Shown here one piece after another: positions 1 to 12,159 of a DNA stretch of 64,000 nucleotides; position 1 is the first letter of the stretch; each line of letters begins with the position of its first letter. This stretch comes from Octopus sinensis (taxonomy: Eukaryota). The position numbers and the translations under genes are program-made. The stretch spans positions 50,716,001 through 50,780,000 of the forward strand of contig NC_043002.1 of assembly GCF_006345805.1 (NCBI RefSeq), in the 5' to 3' direction. Below the pieces are notes generated by a model. It saw only the letters and a program-made list of their open reading frames with translations, made no database searches and was not told where the DNA came from.

Positions 1-695
1 AAGACTCACTTTGAAACACGCGCCTTTTAGCTGAATCAAGTGGGAAATAAAGAAGGCTGATACTCACGCAAAGATGCTTAGCTTCATGGATGCAAGGTGC
101 TAATACTTCTGTTCATTTATTCAAATTATTATTGTAAGAAAATCTCCATTTTTCGCTCAAAGGTCGCGCTGCAAGTCTATTGCAAGTTACGCTTCTTGTA
201 GGGTTGTGCTTTATCTACCACCGACAAACTAATTTTGATTTTGAGAAGACTTGTTCTTAGGTAAGAGCCACATAAATTTCAAAAATGCTGTAGCAGACTT
301 CTGTCAGAGCTGCTAAACGAAAACTTATTGCATTTACTTTTCAGAGTCAGTTCAGTAACTCTAATATATATGTTTGGTCCTTTGCTTTTGTTTTTGATTT
401 AGGTCTGTACACTATCAAGCCTGTAAAATGATAGCAACCTAACGAGCAATTTTTCACAAATTCTAAAGCCAATGATTAGTGCTGGGTAGATGCTTGGCAA
501 TATGTTTAAATCAACCTTTTATCTTTATAATCTTTCAAAGAAAAACCAAGATTCTTACTACTGAATATCTAACCTGTGCAGTTGCTATGCAGTATTTTAC
601 AAATTTTATTATGCTCATTTCCCGAAATCTCTCCCCTTCCTTCCACCTCTCTTCCCCTTTTTCTCTCTATATTATACATACATACATACATAAAG

Positions 696-900
696 TTAAT
701 CCAAACATGAAAATACAAAGAGAAAACACACCAACGCGAGGACGTGGAACATGTATAGTGTTAGTGAACGCTCAGGAAAGGAAAGAAAGAAGGAGGATTT
801 AACGTTCCGAGCGGAGCTCTTCGTCAGAAACATAGAAAAAGGAAAGATCCAAGGAAAGGAAGACAGAGAAAGAAAATCGTCCACGATACACACGCGGTCA
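696..900 (-). mobile_element. Penelope-like pseudo-LTR fragment carrying a degenerate hammerhead motif
   Basis: Minus strand holds an HHR-like core (797-831) followed by a pyrimidine-rich tail, as in the other pLTR-like pieces here; ends in a (CATA)n run. Confidence 0.5.
797..831 (-). ncRNA. Degenerate minimal hammerhead (extra A after A9; GAAA mutated to GGAA)
   Basis: Minus strand reads GUUU-CUGACGA-A-GAGC-UCC-GCUC-GGAA-CGUU-AAAU: 4-bp stem II, short stem I, one core substitution. Confidence 0.5.
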
Positions 901-912
901 CATATTGAATGA

Positions 913-922
913 CATACATACA

Positions 923-953
<31 letters not shown>

Positions 954-974
954 GTACATACATACATACATACA
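913..974. repeat. (CATA)n microsatellite
   Basis: Direct reading. Confidence 0.95.
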
Positions 975-1521
975 TGGTGGCTGCCCCCTCGTTATCGAGT
1001 ATGGCCATTGCACGAAGCTTAATCAATGTTGTTATCGTGCAATGCCTGTGCAAGAAGATTTTTTTAAGTGAGGAAAGGCTGTGCACTGAGTCAATCCCAC
1101 TCACTAAGCGACAGCAGCCATAATCCGAAAAGAAGAACAAGTCAACATCATCGGTAGCCACTGAGCCGCAGGTTTTATGTCGGAGTTATCCAAGTTACCT
1201 GAGTTACCTTCTCCTAGAAGGATCTCCTAACAAAGGCTAGGAGTCCTTCATTCCCAATGGTTTAACCGCGCGATCGGGTATTCAGTCCGCTTATTTCTAT
1301 GTCCCCGCGCTTGATACAGCCTTAAGACCTTTATTGGATGGCCGTTGACTCTCAAGTGTTCCTCCGCCCTTTGACGGGTTTAGTTTTTCATCTCGCAGGG
1401 GTCCAATAAACACCCTCCTCACCAAGCAAGCTCGGTAGGGTTGCCGGTTTAGTCGCCGACGGCCCGACCATGCAACAGGTTGTACTGGGTTACATGTTAC
1501 CAATAGCACTCGAAAGTGGCC
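975..1521 (-). mobile_element. RTE-type LINE 5' UTR-like or non-autonomous fragment
   Basis: GC-richer block between two CATA runs; the minus-strand motif ctaggagaaggtaactc resembles RTE 5' regions; no RT ORF. Confidence 0.45.
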
Positions 1522-1930
1522 ATACATACATACATACACCCCCGACACACACATATATATATATATATATTTATATATATATGTATATATATATGTATAT
1601 ATCATTTAATGTATACTGTAATAGAATAAGAGTCACTAATATAATTTTTTCTTCTCATTGAACCACGTGGTTAGGCAAACCTTTAAAATGTGCCTGGACA
1701 CTGACAAGAAATTATCAATACCTCTTATTTAGATGATATTTATGTTTCACTGGTTGGCGTGCATTTTGTTGATCATTTCTTAACGCAACAATAAACTGTA
1801 CATACATACATACATACACACATACATACATACACACACATATATAATACATACATATATAAAATACATATATACATACATATATACATATATTTCTCTG
1901 GTTTAAAATGTGACTTTGTTTTCGTTATAC

Positions 1931-2270
1931 TACTGAATAATAGGAATAATAAACCTCTGAACGAGGTATAAACAGTAATTACACGACAATGTGAGGTATA
2001 CTAGCCATCTCAATATGGGTAACCACTAATGGTGGGTGTTACTGTAGCTTGTAGCCCCAGCAGAACATCGTCTCCAGCTGGCTTTAGGCACACTTTCTGT
2101 GCCTAAAGCCAGCTGGAGACGATGTTTTGCTGGGGCTACAAGCTACAGTAACACCCACCATTAGTGGTTAGCCATATTGAGATGGCAAGTATACCTCACA
2201 TTGTCGTGCAGTTACTGTTTATACCTCATTCAGAGGTTTATTATTACTTGCAGACAGTACTGAATAATAG
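1931..2270. mobile_element. Fold-back insertion: 148-bp inverted arms, 5-nt loop, 13-bp flanking direct repeat
   Basis: Arms 1945-2092 and 2098-2245 (about 6 mismatches), loop ctttc; tactgaataatag at 1931-1943 and 2258-2270. Confidence 0.85.
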
Positions 2271-2403
2271 TTTCGTTGGAACTTGTATCTTTGTTAGAAA
2301 CTAGCTTATTCAGAAGAAGAATTTAAATGATTGAAAACAGAAGAGAAACATACGTACTTACATACATACATATTTGTGAGTGATCGTGCGCGCGCATATA
2401 TAT

Positions 2404-2457
<54 letters not shown>

Positions 2458-2633
2458 TATATATAATATAAAATAAATAAAATAAATATAAGAGAGTGGT
2501 CACTATATGGCTCACTCTAGCACCAGTTAATCCAAAAGGTTTCAACCACAAAAATACATGTTTCCCATGAAAGTCAGTACGATTGTTAGCTCACACGGAC
2601 AGGGCAAATAAAAAATAACAAAAATACAGATTA

Positions 2634-2715
2634 TTTTGGGACAATTGTTTCGCTATTAATGAATTAAATGTAATTTTACTTACAAAAAAATCCACTTGTA
2701 GCTCGTCAGCCAAAA
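2634..2715 (-). ncRNA. Type I hammerhead ribozyme, intact core
   Basis: Reverse complement of 3200-3281: UUUUGG-CUGACGA-GCUA-(43-nt loop)-UAGC-GAAA-C-AAUU-GUC-CCAAAA; predicted cut between 2640 and 2639. Confidence 0.85.
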
Positions 2716-3199
2716 CTATCTGGATGAAATCCACTCAATCACACGCCAGATTTTACCATAACGATAAATACGCGTGTGATTCAATTGATTACATCCGACG
2801 TTATAATTCAAATGCCCCAACTAACAGCGCGCCAAACTTTCACGGAAAACAAAGACTGCATTTAGAAATAAATGTAGCATAATTATAATTAATTAATAAG
2901 GGTGAGAGAATTAGATACTAATTTAATAGTATATCTATTCAACACCAAGTGGCCTAGTGCTCCGAAAAACCTGGATTATTATAATATTTTATAATATATT
3001 ATAATATTTTTACAAAATAAATATAAGAGAGTGGTCACTATATGGCTCACTCTAGCACCAGTTAATCCAAAAGGTTTCATTGGCGCGCTGTTAGTTGGGG
3101 CATTTGAATTATAACGTCGGATGTAATTAATTGAATCACACGCGTATTTATCGTTATGGTAAAATCTGGCGTGTGATTGAGTGGATTTCATCCAGATAG

Positions 3200-3281
3200 T
3201 TTTGGCTGACGAGCTACAAGTGGATTTTTTTGTAAGTAAAATTACATTTAATTCATTAATAGCGAAACAATTGTCCCAAAA
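3200..3281 (+). ncRNA. Type I hammerhead ribozyme, intact core
   Basis: Stem I ttttgg (3200-3205)/ccaaaa (3276-3281), CTGACGA 3206-3212, stem II GCTA/TAGC, GAAA 3264-3267, stem III with palindromic AATT loop, GTC triplet ending 3275. Confidence 0.88.
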
Positions 3282-3557
3282 TAATCTGTATTTTTGTTAT
3301 TTTTTATTTGCCCTGTCCATGTGAGCTAACAATCGTACTGACTTTCATGGGAAACATGTATTTTTGTGGTTGAAACCTTTTGGATTAACTGGTGCTAGAG
3401 TGAGCCATATAGTGACCACTCTCTTATATTTATTTTGTAAAAATATTATAATATATTATAAAATATTATAATAATCCAGGTTTCTCGGAGCACTAGGCCA
3501 CTTGGTGTTGAATAGATATACTATTAAATTAGTATCTAATTCTCTCACCCTTATTAA

Positions 3558-3616
<59 letters not shown>

Positions 3617-3639
3617 ATATGTATCATAAAAGTGCTGAG

Positions 3640-3858
3640 CTGTAATTAGAAACATTAGCACACCGGGCGAAATGCGTAGCCGTATTTCGTCTGCCGTTAC
3701 GTTCTGAGTTCAAATTCCGCCGAGGTCGACTTTGTCTTTCATCCTTTCGGGGTCGATAAATTAAGTACCAGCTACGCACTGGGGTCGATGTAAAACGACT
3801 TAATCCGTTTGTCTGTCCTTGTTTGTCCCCTCTGTGTTTAGCCCCTTGTGGGTAGTAA
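3640..3858 (+). mobile_element. tRNA-headed SINE, family B
   Basis: Contains gagttcaaattccgccgaggtcgactttg...ctttcatcctttcggggtcgataaa, recurring many times in the window. Confidence 0.8.
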
Positions 3859-3871
3859 AGATATATATATA

Positions 3872-3924
<53 letters not shown>

Positions 3925-3926
<2 letters not shown>

Positions 3927-4270
3927 AATGTAAAAAAATACAAACTGGGACAAGAACGTGAAACATTTAGAAGACGATACAAAAAACACGGACGGGACAT
4001 TCGAAGCCTTCAATCTTCAGTCAAGAACCGGATCATCTTCGCAATTTCGGCTGATTAAGCTTGAGATTGCTCCGATCTGGCCAGCCCCCAAGGAAAATCT
4101 AAGCCAAGCGCATTAGATTCCTTGGAAGAAAGCCTCGAATGTAAACAAAACAAGGACGGAAAAACGGACGATGTTACACGAATAAAAATACAAAAATACG
4201 TAAAAACAATAATGATAATAATAATAACAACAAAAACAGGACGTCAGAGACAAGCGTCTTTTCGACGCTT
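3925..4270 (-). mobile_element. Decayed Penelope pLTR-like fragment
   Basis: Degenerate HHR-like words on the minus strand; the end motif gacgtcctg is shared with the 12160-13520 and 38351-39066 elements. Confidence 0.35.
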
Positions 4271-4271
4271 A

Positions 4272-4860
<589 letters not shown>

Positions 4861-5099
4861 ATGCAAAATTACAAGTCTTCTCACTTTACCTTTATTCAAA
4901 GAATAGAATGATTCAAACACAAATATATATTTACCTAAAAATACAAACCACGACTGAAATAACACAAAGAAGGCAAGTAAACGCTATCCCATTAACAAAA
5001 TTTAATGGCTACATACAAGCAATTCAATAATTGAAAGAGCCTTAATTATTTGGCACTCTCACGACTAGGTATATTCACTGAATCGTGTCAGCCCTAACT

Positions 5100-5480
5100 T
5101 ACCCGACAACCATTCTTAACACTTTCTGGAGGTACAGCAAGGAAGCGAATCCTCCTGCTTTCTTACTCATGTACCTTTCCAGCAGCAAACCTCTCCATCC
5201 AGGAATTTATCACAGTCTCCAGCAACTTCATATAGCCGTTTGAATTGAATCTAAGATCATATTCAAAGATATGGGAGTGAATACTGACGTACGGAGGCCG
5301 TCAGTCAGAAGAACTGCTGTGTCCGTTTTTGATAGCCACGGCTTCGTAGTCACTGTTGTAGTTGTCCATATCACGTCTAACAATAGATACATTGTTTACA
5401 GATCATTGAGCAGCAGTCATGCTGTTGGCATTTTGATACCCGGTACGAATGATCATGATACAGATAACACTTTTCTAATA
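5100..5480 (-). mobile_element. Internally deleted Tc1-like transposase relic
   Basis: Minus translation LRFNSNGYMKLLETVINSWMERFAAG...QEDSLPCCTSRK resembles the Tc1 catalytic region (QQDSAPCHTS); an N-terminal-like RRDMDNYNSDYEAVA lies directly upstream; stops present. Confidence 0.6.
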
Positions 5481-7699
5481 TTCCGATACCTTTCAGCCAT
5501 CCGTGTCAGCTGACTTCTCAACTACAAATTTAATGTTTATGCTCTCCAGCGCCATTAACTGTTCCCTAATAGTGCGAGATTTTCCCGAAATAAAGGAAAA
5601 CATAACAAATCACCAGTTCATAATCGTCTCAAAACATAATCGTAGCAATTCATAATCGTCTCCAATATATTTCTTTTCCAAGTCACACTTCCTACCGCTT
5701 TTAATATGTAATGGCATATTCAGTAGTATAATTCTAAATAATAAAAAATTACGCAATTATTCAGATTAAGCACCTTTGATCATAAGTCAACTGACCAGAT
5801 ATGGCCTAGGGCTAAGCGATAACAACATACAAAATATATTTTAGAGAAGTCAAATCCACCTAGTGTTAATTGATTCTTATTTCTACCTCTTTTTATCGAC
5901 ACGTAGCGGGATTTGAAATCTGAACATAAAGGGACTTAACTAATCACTGCAAATCATTTTGGTTCGGCATTTGCTTTGCCTTTCCGCGGTCCAGCATAAT
6001 CTAAGCAAATCACAGTGAATCTCATGTACAGGGGAAACCGAGTCACCTTTCAAATTGCTCCAGATTTACTAATGGCTATTTCCATGAATCTTGCATAGTT
6101 TATAAATATGCATATGCTGGTGTCAATTTTAAAATGTCTGCTGTTGTCCAACAGAAAGAAAACCTTGGTCTTGGCCTAACCCAGAAAATCGTTATTCATA
6201 AAAGTGTGTTGTGATTGTATCATTTCATAAGTCAATATTACGAAACCTACTTGCATAAAAATAAACAAATTTTCGAAAGTTCCTTAAAAAGATTGTTTTT
6301 ATGAATTGAGTTCGCAGTACTTAACTATGTCAATTTGTATTCTTGTTACAAAAAAAAAAAAAAAAAACCTATGGGGCCGGCCGACTGTCTTTTATCTTCT
6401 TGAAACCGACAAAATAAAGTGACATGGAAATACTGACGCTATTTAATTGAATGTAAGAAAGTCTAAATGTTTTCTCTTGACGATTCTGTTATTTCTTTTT
6501 CTGTGAGATACAATATATCTAAATCTATCTTATTCTTTGTTGTTTTAAAGTGTTTTCCCCTCTTTCTGGAGCAGTAAGGCTTTGTTTGAACAAAGATTTG
6601 GCTGCTATTTCTAACAAGTCTCTTCTTATTGGGTTCAGGTTTTGAGATTTGAAGAATTTGGTGCGTGTGGAGGCGTGATGGAATATGTCATTAAATGCTT
6701 GTATATCCTGAAAATGTAGCATTATTTCCGTAACGTCAATGACAATGGATCGGAAGAAGACAGATGATAAATAGAAGAAAAATAAAATAAAATAAAATAA
6801 ATAAAAATCTACAATATGGTTGCTCAGATTTCATGGAGTTTCTTGTTACTAGATGTGTGTTCATTAGCATTAATAACTCGTCTAATAGAGGTCTAGAACT
6901 TCCTCTTTGACCACTTCTCACTGTTACCTCAAAGCCAGAAAATGCCAACATTGATTAATAAATTCCGACATCCTGGATGTTTTTCAGGAATTGTGGCCAA
7001 GTTTTCTTACACGTGAGGATTGTGGAGTATCGGTCCAATATTACAAACTGACATATAAACAAAACCCTCAAATATTTAATTCATTGTTTAATTAGGACGG
7101 GACGGTAACTTAGTTGGAAACGGCAAAGTGCGAAGCTTTACAATAAAACGTTCAACATCCTTCGTTTAAATTATTGTTGCAGAACATACAGTGTTGAAAA
7201 GAGAAGAAATATCACGACATCCCAAGATATTTGAAAGACATTGAAGTGAAATGATCTATGATAGTAAATAAGATTGTAAGGTACCTGTCAGATTACACCT
7301 ATTTCATTACGAGACAGCATATTGTTCGGCTATCCGTCGGAGGTCGACGCTGAATGTTCTTGTTCAGAAATTATCTCAGGCAGGCTCGCATGTGGGTAAC
7401 AAGGTTTGCTCTTGATCTGCAGCAGTGATGACATCTGCTTATTGACGCAACGGAGAAGTGAAAAGTAATGTCTCACATATTTTGTATTCTGTCTTATTTT
7501 CAACGACTGGAATTACGAGATTCAGCCATTTATGTGACATTTATGGCGCCGCAGGGCCTTATCCTCCCAGGTATCTGGAGAGATGTTGGAGTTCTTCATC
7601 TCTCTCTACAGCACATCACTGTATATGAGACAGCATATACAGATTTCTTGTATAAACTTAGCCACCCACAAATCGCATCTTGGCTGATTTTCCACACAC

Positions 7700-7905
7700 A
7701 CGCCGGGGGCACATTGTGTCTTTGAGCAAGATAATTCATTTCACATTGTTCCAATCTCCTCACTTGGCAAAAATGAGAAGTACCTATAAGTCAAAGGCTC
7801 AGCGTTGTCACATTCTGTGTCATGCTGAATCTCCCTGAGGACTACGTTTAGTGGATACGTGTCTGTGAAATGCTCAGCCACTTGCACGTTTATTTCACGA
7901 GGAGG
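7700..7905 (+). mobile_element. SINE fragment
   Basis: gggcacattgtgtctttgagcaag...ctgaatctccctgaggactacg...cttgcacgtttatttcacga resembles a cephalopod SINE body. Confidence 0.55.
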
Positions 7906-8151
7906 CACGTCGTCATCGTAGCCGAACCCCAAACAAAGGCAGGTAAGGGGACAAGCAGGTGTATTATTTTGTTACTCGGTAAGAATAGAAAAGTCTGACG
8001 TTTCGAGACTACGATTTTCGAAAGAAAAAGTTGAGAGGTAAAAATGGAGAGCGAAAACACGGAGAGAAAAAATATGTCGGGTTTGATGGTTTCTCGATGA
8101 AATAATAGGAAGAAGTAGGCCGATATACAAAATACATATGTGTATAAATAC

Positions 8152-8244
8152 ATGCATACATACATACATACATACATACATACATACATACATACATACA
8201 TACATACATACATACATACATACATACATACATACATACATACA
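8152..8244. repeat. (CATA)n microsatellite
   Basis: Direct reading. Confidence 0.95.
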
Positions 8245-9290
8245 TTTATATAACTGCGTGTCTATGAATGTGCACGTATGTATGAGCATGTATCTTTGTG
8301 GGCAATATGTGTCTTTATATATTTTCTCTATTTAATTCAATGTTATATATTTTAATTCGTTTTGTGCGTTACATCGTTTACATTTATCATTCAGTTTCGA
8401 TTACAAAAAGTACCAGTGAAAGAATGGAGGCTATATAGCTAGTGATCCGTTCTTCAAATGTCATACCTAGTGTGTATATGTAAGAAGTCATTATTATTAT
8501 TATTATTATTATTATGGTCGATAAGATAAGTCGGAGTAGCTTGGGAAAATGCTTGCTAAATTTGAACCTAAATCGTAAAAGATCGTAATTAGCTAACCCA
8601 ATGTATTTTGTCGTCGACCTACTGATTCATCTACACACATAAATATAGAGATATATGTATGTATATAGATATGCATACATATATACGAATAAACATACGC
8701 ACACACACATACAAACCCAGCACGATCTTAGGATTTGAGGGCGTGGTCATTCCATCTCTACTATAAACTAATTTTCCTCTATATTACACTAACTGAAGGT
8801 ATTAACCTCTGTGGCCTTTATCGACGTGGTTTTGGCCTGTATTTGAACCACGATCATCAAAACGAAGTGAAACAATTGACAGGTTTGAAAGAGTTGGATT
8901 GGGTAGGCGAAATAGCATTGCTAGTTTGGTATATAGTTTTACTTATAGATGACATGTCTAGAGCACAACAGGAAAGCCAAAACACCCAGCAATCAACAGT
9001 TCTGGCAATATATCAAAATCCGTTGGATGGCCTTTTTTTTAACAGTGGCAATCAATGTATCTGTTTTCTGTTTAAAGTTGTCGATTCTTGTTTAATCTTG
9101 TTTCGTATTTTATATATTTTTTTTTGTGTTGCATCTGTCATTCAAATGGCGTATGCCTTTCTGATGTAATTTCCTTAAGTTCGTTCTCGTGTATATATGT
9201 GGTTCTCTGTGTGTGTATCTATGTGAGATTTCGGTGTTTGTCCATGGGTACATGTGAATGATTTATGTTTGTAAATGTGTATGTTTTCAG

Positions 9291-9340
<50 letters not shown>

Positions 9341-9679
9341 GTATGTATACATATGTATGATTTTGTGTCATTGTGCGTATGTATATACATTACGTCTGTT
9401 TATGTGCATCTGTTTATGCTTATGTATTTGCAAGTGTATAAATACTCGCTTATGTGCGGTTTTTCTTCAATTTAGCAATTTTTTGGCTATTGGTGAACTC
9501 ATGTGTGTGCATGAATATGCGTTTGTACACATCAATAATATAAAACAACATATGTTTTTTTTTATAATATGTAGATAATTAAGTGTAATTATGTATGAGT
9601 GTGTCCAAATTAATATTCAATGATTTTTCTCTGCTCGCCTTTGTATACCGGGTTGTATATGTCTACACACAGACACACA

Positions 9680-9747
<68 letters not shown>

Positions 9748-10314
9748 TTTATATATGTATAGGTAAATATATATGTATGCATATTCATAATTGTGAGCGT
9801 GTGTTTGCATATGTTTGTTTTACATATTGGTGATTATATGAATACGTGTGAGGATTTATGTTTGAAAGTGTTTGTTGTAAAACATTTAAAAATATCTTTC
9901 GGTTTATGAAATAAAATGTATATTCATGTTATTATGTATCCATGTGCATTTGTACGAATGAGGTTTGTTTTTTTTTTTTCTTTTTCACAAATTATGTTTT
10001 CTGTTGCTTGAATGGTTATCGTGTCTGACAGCAAGAGTTAAACCGTTTAACATAGGTTTAGAAGAACTTCAGTGTCAATTTTTATAGCTTAGACATTCAA
10101 CAAGATTTCTGTTGTTTAATTTTGACCAACGAAAATGAACGACCCACAGACGGGGCTACAAGAATACTTTGTGTACATCAATTGTGATACAAGAATCTGG
10201 ACATATTTTTCCAGCGTAATACAAATCTTGACTTCAACCCATCAAAGTAGGATGCTATCGCAAAGTATATAGACCTACAAACAAGCCAAAAATAGCTGAT
10301 GAGCAAGTGACTTC

Positions 10315-10630
10315 AACTATAGCCTCGCGCTGACCTGAGTGGGTTTGGTTGACGGAAACTGAAAGAAGCCCGTCGTATATATATATATATATATATTCAT
10401 GTATATGCGCGTGTCTTTGTGTCTGTGTTTGTCCCCTACCACCACTTGAGGACCAGTGTTGGTGTGTTTACATCTCCGTAACTTAGCAGTTCGACCAAAG
10501 AAACCAATAGAATAAGTTCCAGGCTTAAAAAAAGTAAGCCTGAGGTAAATTCATTCGACTAAATATTCTTCAAAGCGGTATCCCAACATGGTTACGGTCT
10601 GCTGACTTAAGCAAGTAATAGATAAAAGAT
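10315..10630 (+). mobile_element. SINE family A, 5'-truncated and diverged
   Basis: gacggaaactgaaagaagcccgtcg and the downstream body match copies at 29134, 59303 and 62876. Confidence 0.75.
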
Positions 10631-11401
10631 AGAGATAGCATTAATATTTTCACATCCATTACTGTATATTGTTCCATAGGTCTAGGTAATCTCTGAATGA
10701 TTATAAGCCTTCAAGCTATGATTACTCCGTCTTTATTTACAGACAGCATACGTAAAATTGCGTCCGCTTATTTATAAGACGTTAGGATGATTTTAAAGAG
10801 AGATTCGACTGCTATTTGTAATAGGTCGATCAGAAATGCAAAGGCTCTATTGTCCCTTCGCATATGAAATTCCTGGATTTTTGTGTCAGCAGGGAATTTA
10901 GAGACTTATTCGGTTATAAGTAAACATTTTAGTAGGTGAAAGCAATAAATATTTATCACATATTAATTATTAATATATTTGAAGCATATTTAACTTAGCT
11001 TGCTGAATAAGCTTCGGAGGCAACGCATTGAAAGGCACAAATACACGCACACACACACATTACACACGTCCACACACATACATATTTATTTAAATAGACG
11101 CACGAATCACTAAGGATAGCCTCAAAGGAGAGCCTAAAATTGCAAGAAGTAGCAGCAAAATATCTATCCAAAACACACCCTATAGTTAAAAAAGAAAGCC
11201 CACGTAGTTTATGTAGTCCAACACACTATAACTGTTAAAATAATAATAAAAAAAGCGAAGAGGTTGATAACACCCCAGCTTGATTAACTGGTTTATACCA
11301 ATTAACGCTACAACGACGACTACGGCGGCAATTAGAACATAAAGAAAAACATCAATGATACAAAAAGTCAACATGTGAGATACGCCTGAGTCACAGGCCA
11401 T

Positions 11402-11448
11402 CCATCATTGATGAGACCAAGGGAGGTCGAAATCACGTCTTTTGGTGG
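11402..11448 (+). ncRNA. Hammerhead variant (U3.G8), degenerate stem III junction
   Basis: ccatca-TTGATGA-GACC-aaggga-GGTC-GAAA-tcacgtcttt-tggtgg; stems I and II pair. Confidence 0.55.
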
Positions 11449-11757
11449 CCTCGCTGCTGGAGGTAGTGTAGATTTACATCCCTGCTAGCGATATAAAGCA
11501 AGTATGTATTTTGCACCAAAAGCCAATATGTGTCTTTCTCTTAATGTATCTACCGCAGTAAAGTTTATTCCAACAGAACATCCACGTTTAAGGGGAGATA
11601 AATATTGCTACTCAGTATTAATACTGCCCCTGTCGCTAATATATATATATTTAACAAGGTCCCTGGCAAATCGCAGCTGCGGTGCCTGCTCTGATACTTA
11701 TTTTCTATATATTATTGGCGGGCAGGTTAGTCACTGCTATCTCTAGAGTTCGAGTGT

Positions 11758-11803
11758 CCATCATTGACAAGACCAAAGAAGGTCGAAATCAAGTGATCTG
11801 TGG
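11758..11803 (+). ncRNA. Hammerhead variant (U3-A8) with AUC cleavage triplet
   Basis: ccatca-TTGACAA-GACC-aaagaa-GGTC-GAAA-TCA-ag-TGAT-C-tgtgg; stem III ATCA/TGAT. Confidence 0.6.
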
Positions 11804-12159
11804 TCTCAGCGCTGGAGATGGCAGAAATTTATCTCTCCGCTAGCGATAATAATAAGCCTGAACTATTCCCCAAAAGCCAATATGAGTTTCTCTCATGGAA
11901 TCTTCCGCAGTAAAGTTTGTTCAAACAGAACATAAACGTTTAAGGTGATTAAGGAATGTTGATTTAGGCAGGAGTCTTTGAATGTTAAAACAAGCTTACT
12001 AACTGACATCCATAAGATTCACACAATTTCGTCTAGCGCACACACATATAGGACGTATGGACATATGACTGTGTATATATATATATGTACACACAGACAC
12101 ACACCCCCACACAGAATATTAGTTAATAAACACAATATATATTTTTATGAACTGCTTAT

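Larger units (their letters stand above)
2481..3566. mobile_element. HHR-bearing 535-bp monomer (partial tandem) plus inverted, circularly permuted copy; Penelope pLTR or retrozyme-like
   Basis: agagagtggtcac recurs at 2491 and 3026 (period 535); 3080-3566 is the reverse complement of monomer segments in permuted order; about 3 substitutions seen. Confidence 0.85.
11401..11945 (+). repeat. Diverged direct repeat (about 190-bp homology, period 356), each copy starting with an HHR
   Basis: 11401-11592 vs 11757-11945 share the HHR, gctagcgata, caaaagccaatatg, ccgcagtaaagttt and cagaacat...cgtttaagg. Confidence 0.8.

Noticed and set aside
3995-4100. HHR-like words on the minus strand (CUGAAGA...GAAU-GUC; GGCUG...CAGCC-GAAA)
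   Set aside because: One has no valid stem II and the other has lost CUGANGA; too degenerate to call.
7985-8030. GAAACGUC half-site on the minus strand
   Set aside because: No recognisable CUGANGA or stem II upstream.
8735-9169. 144-aa non-repetitive ORF
   Set aside because: TTG start, no recognisable domain and no convincing splice chain.
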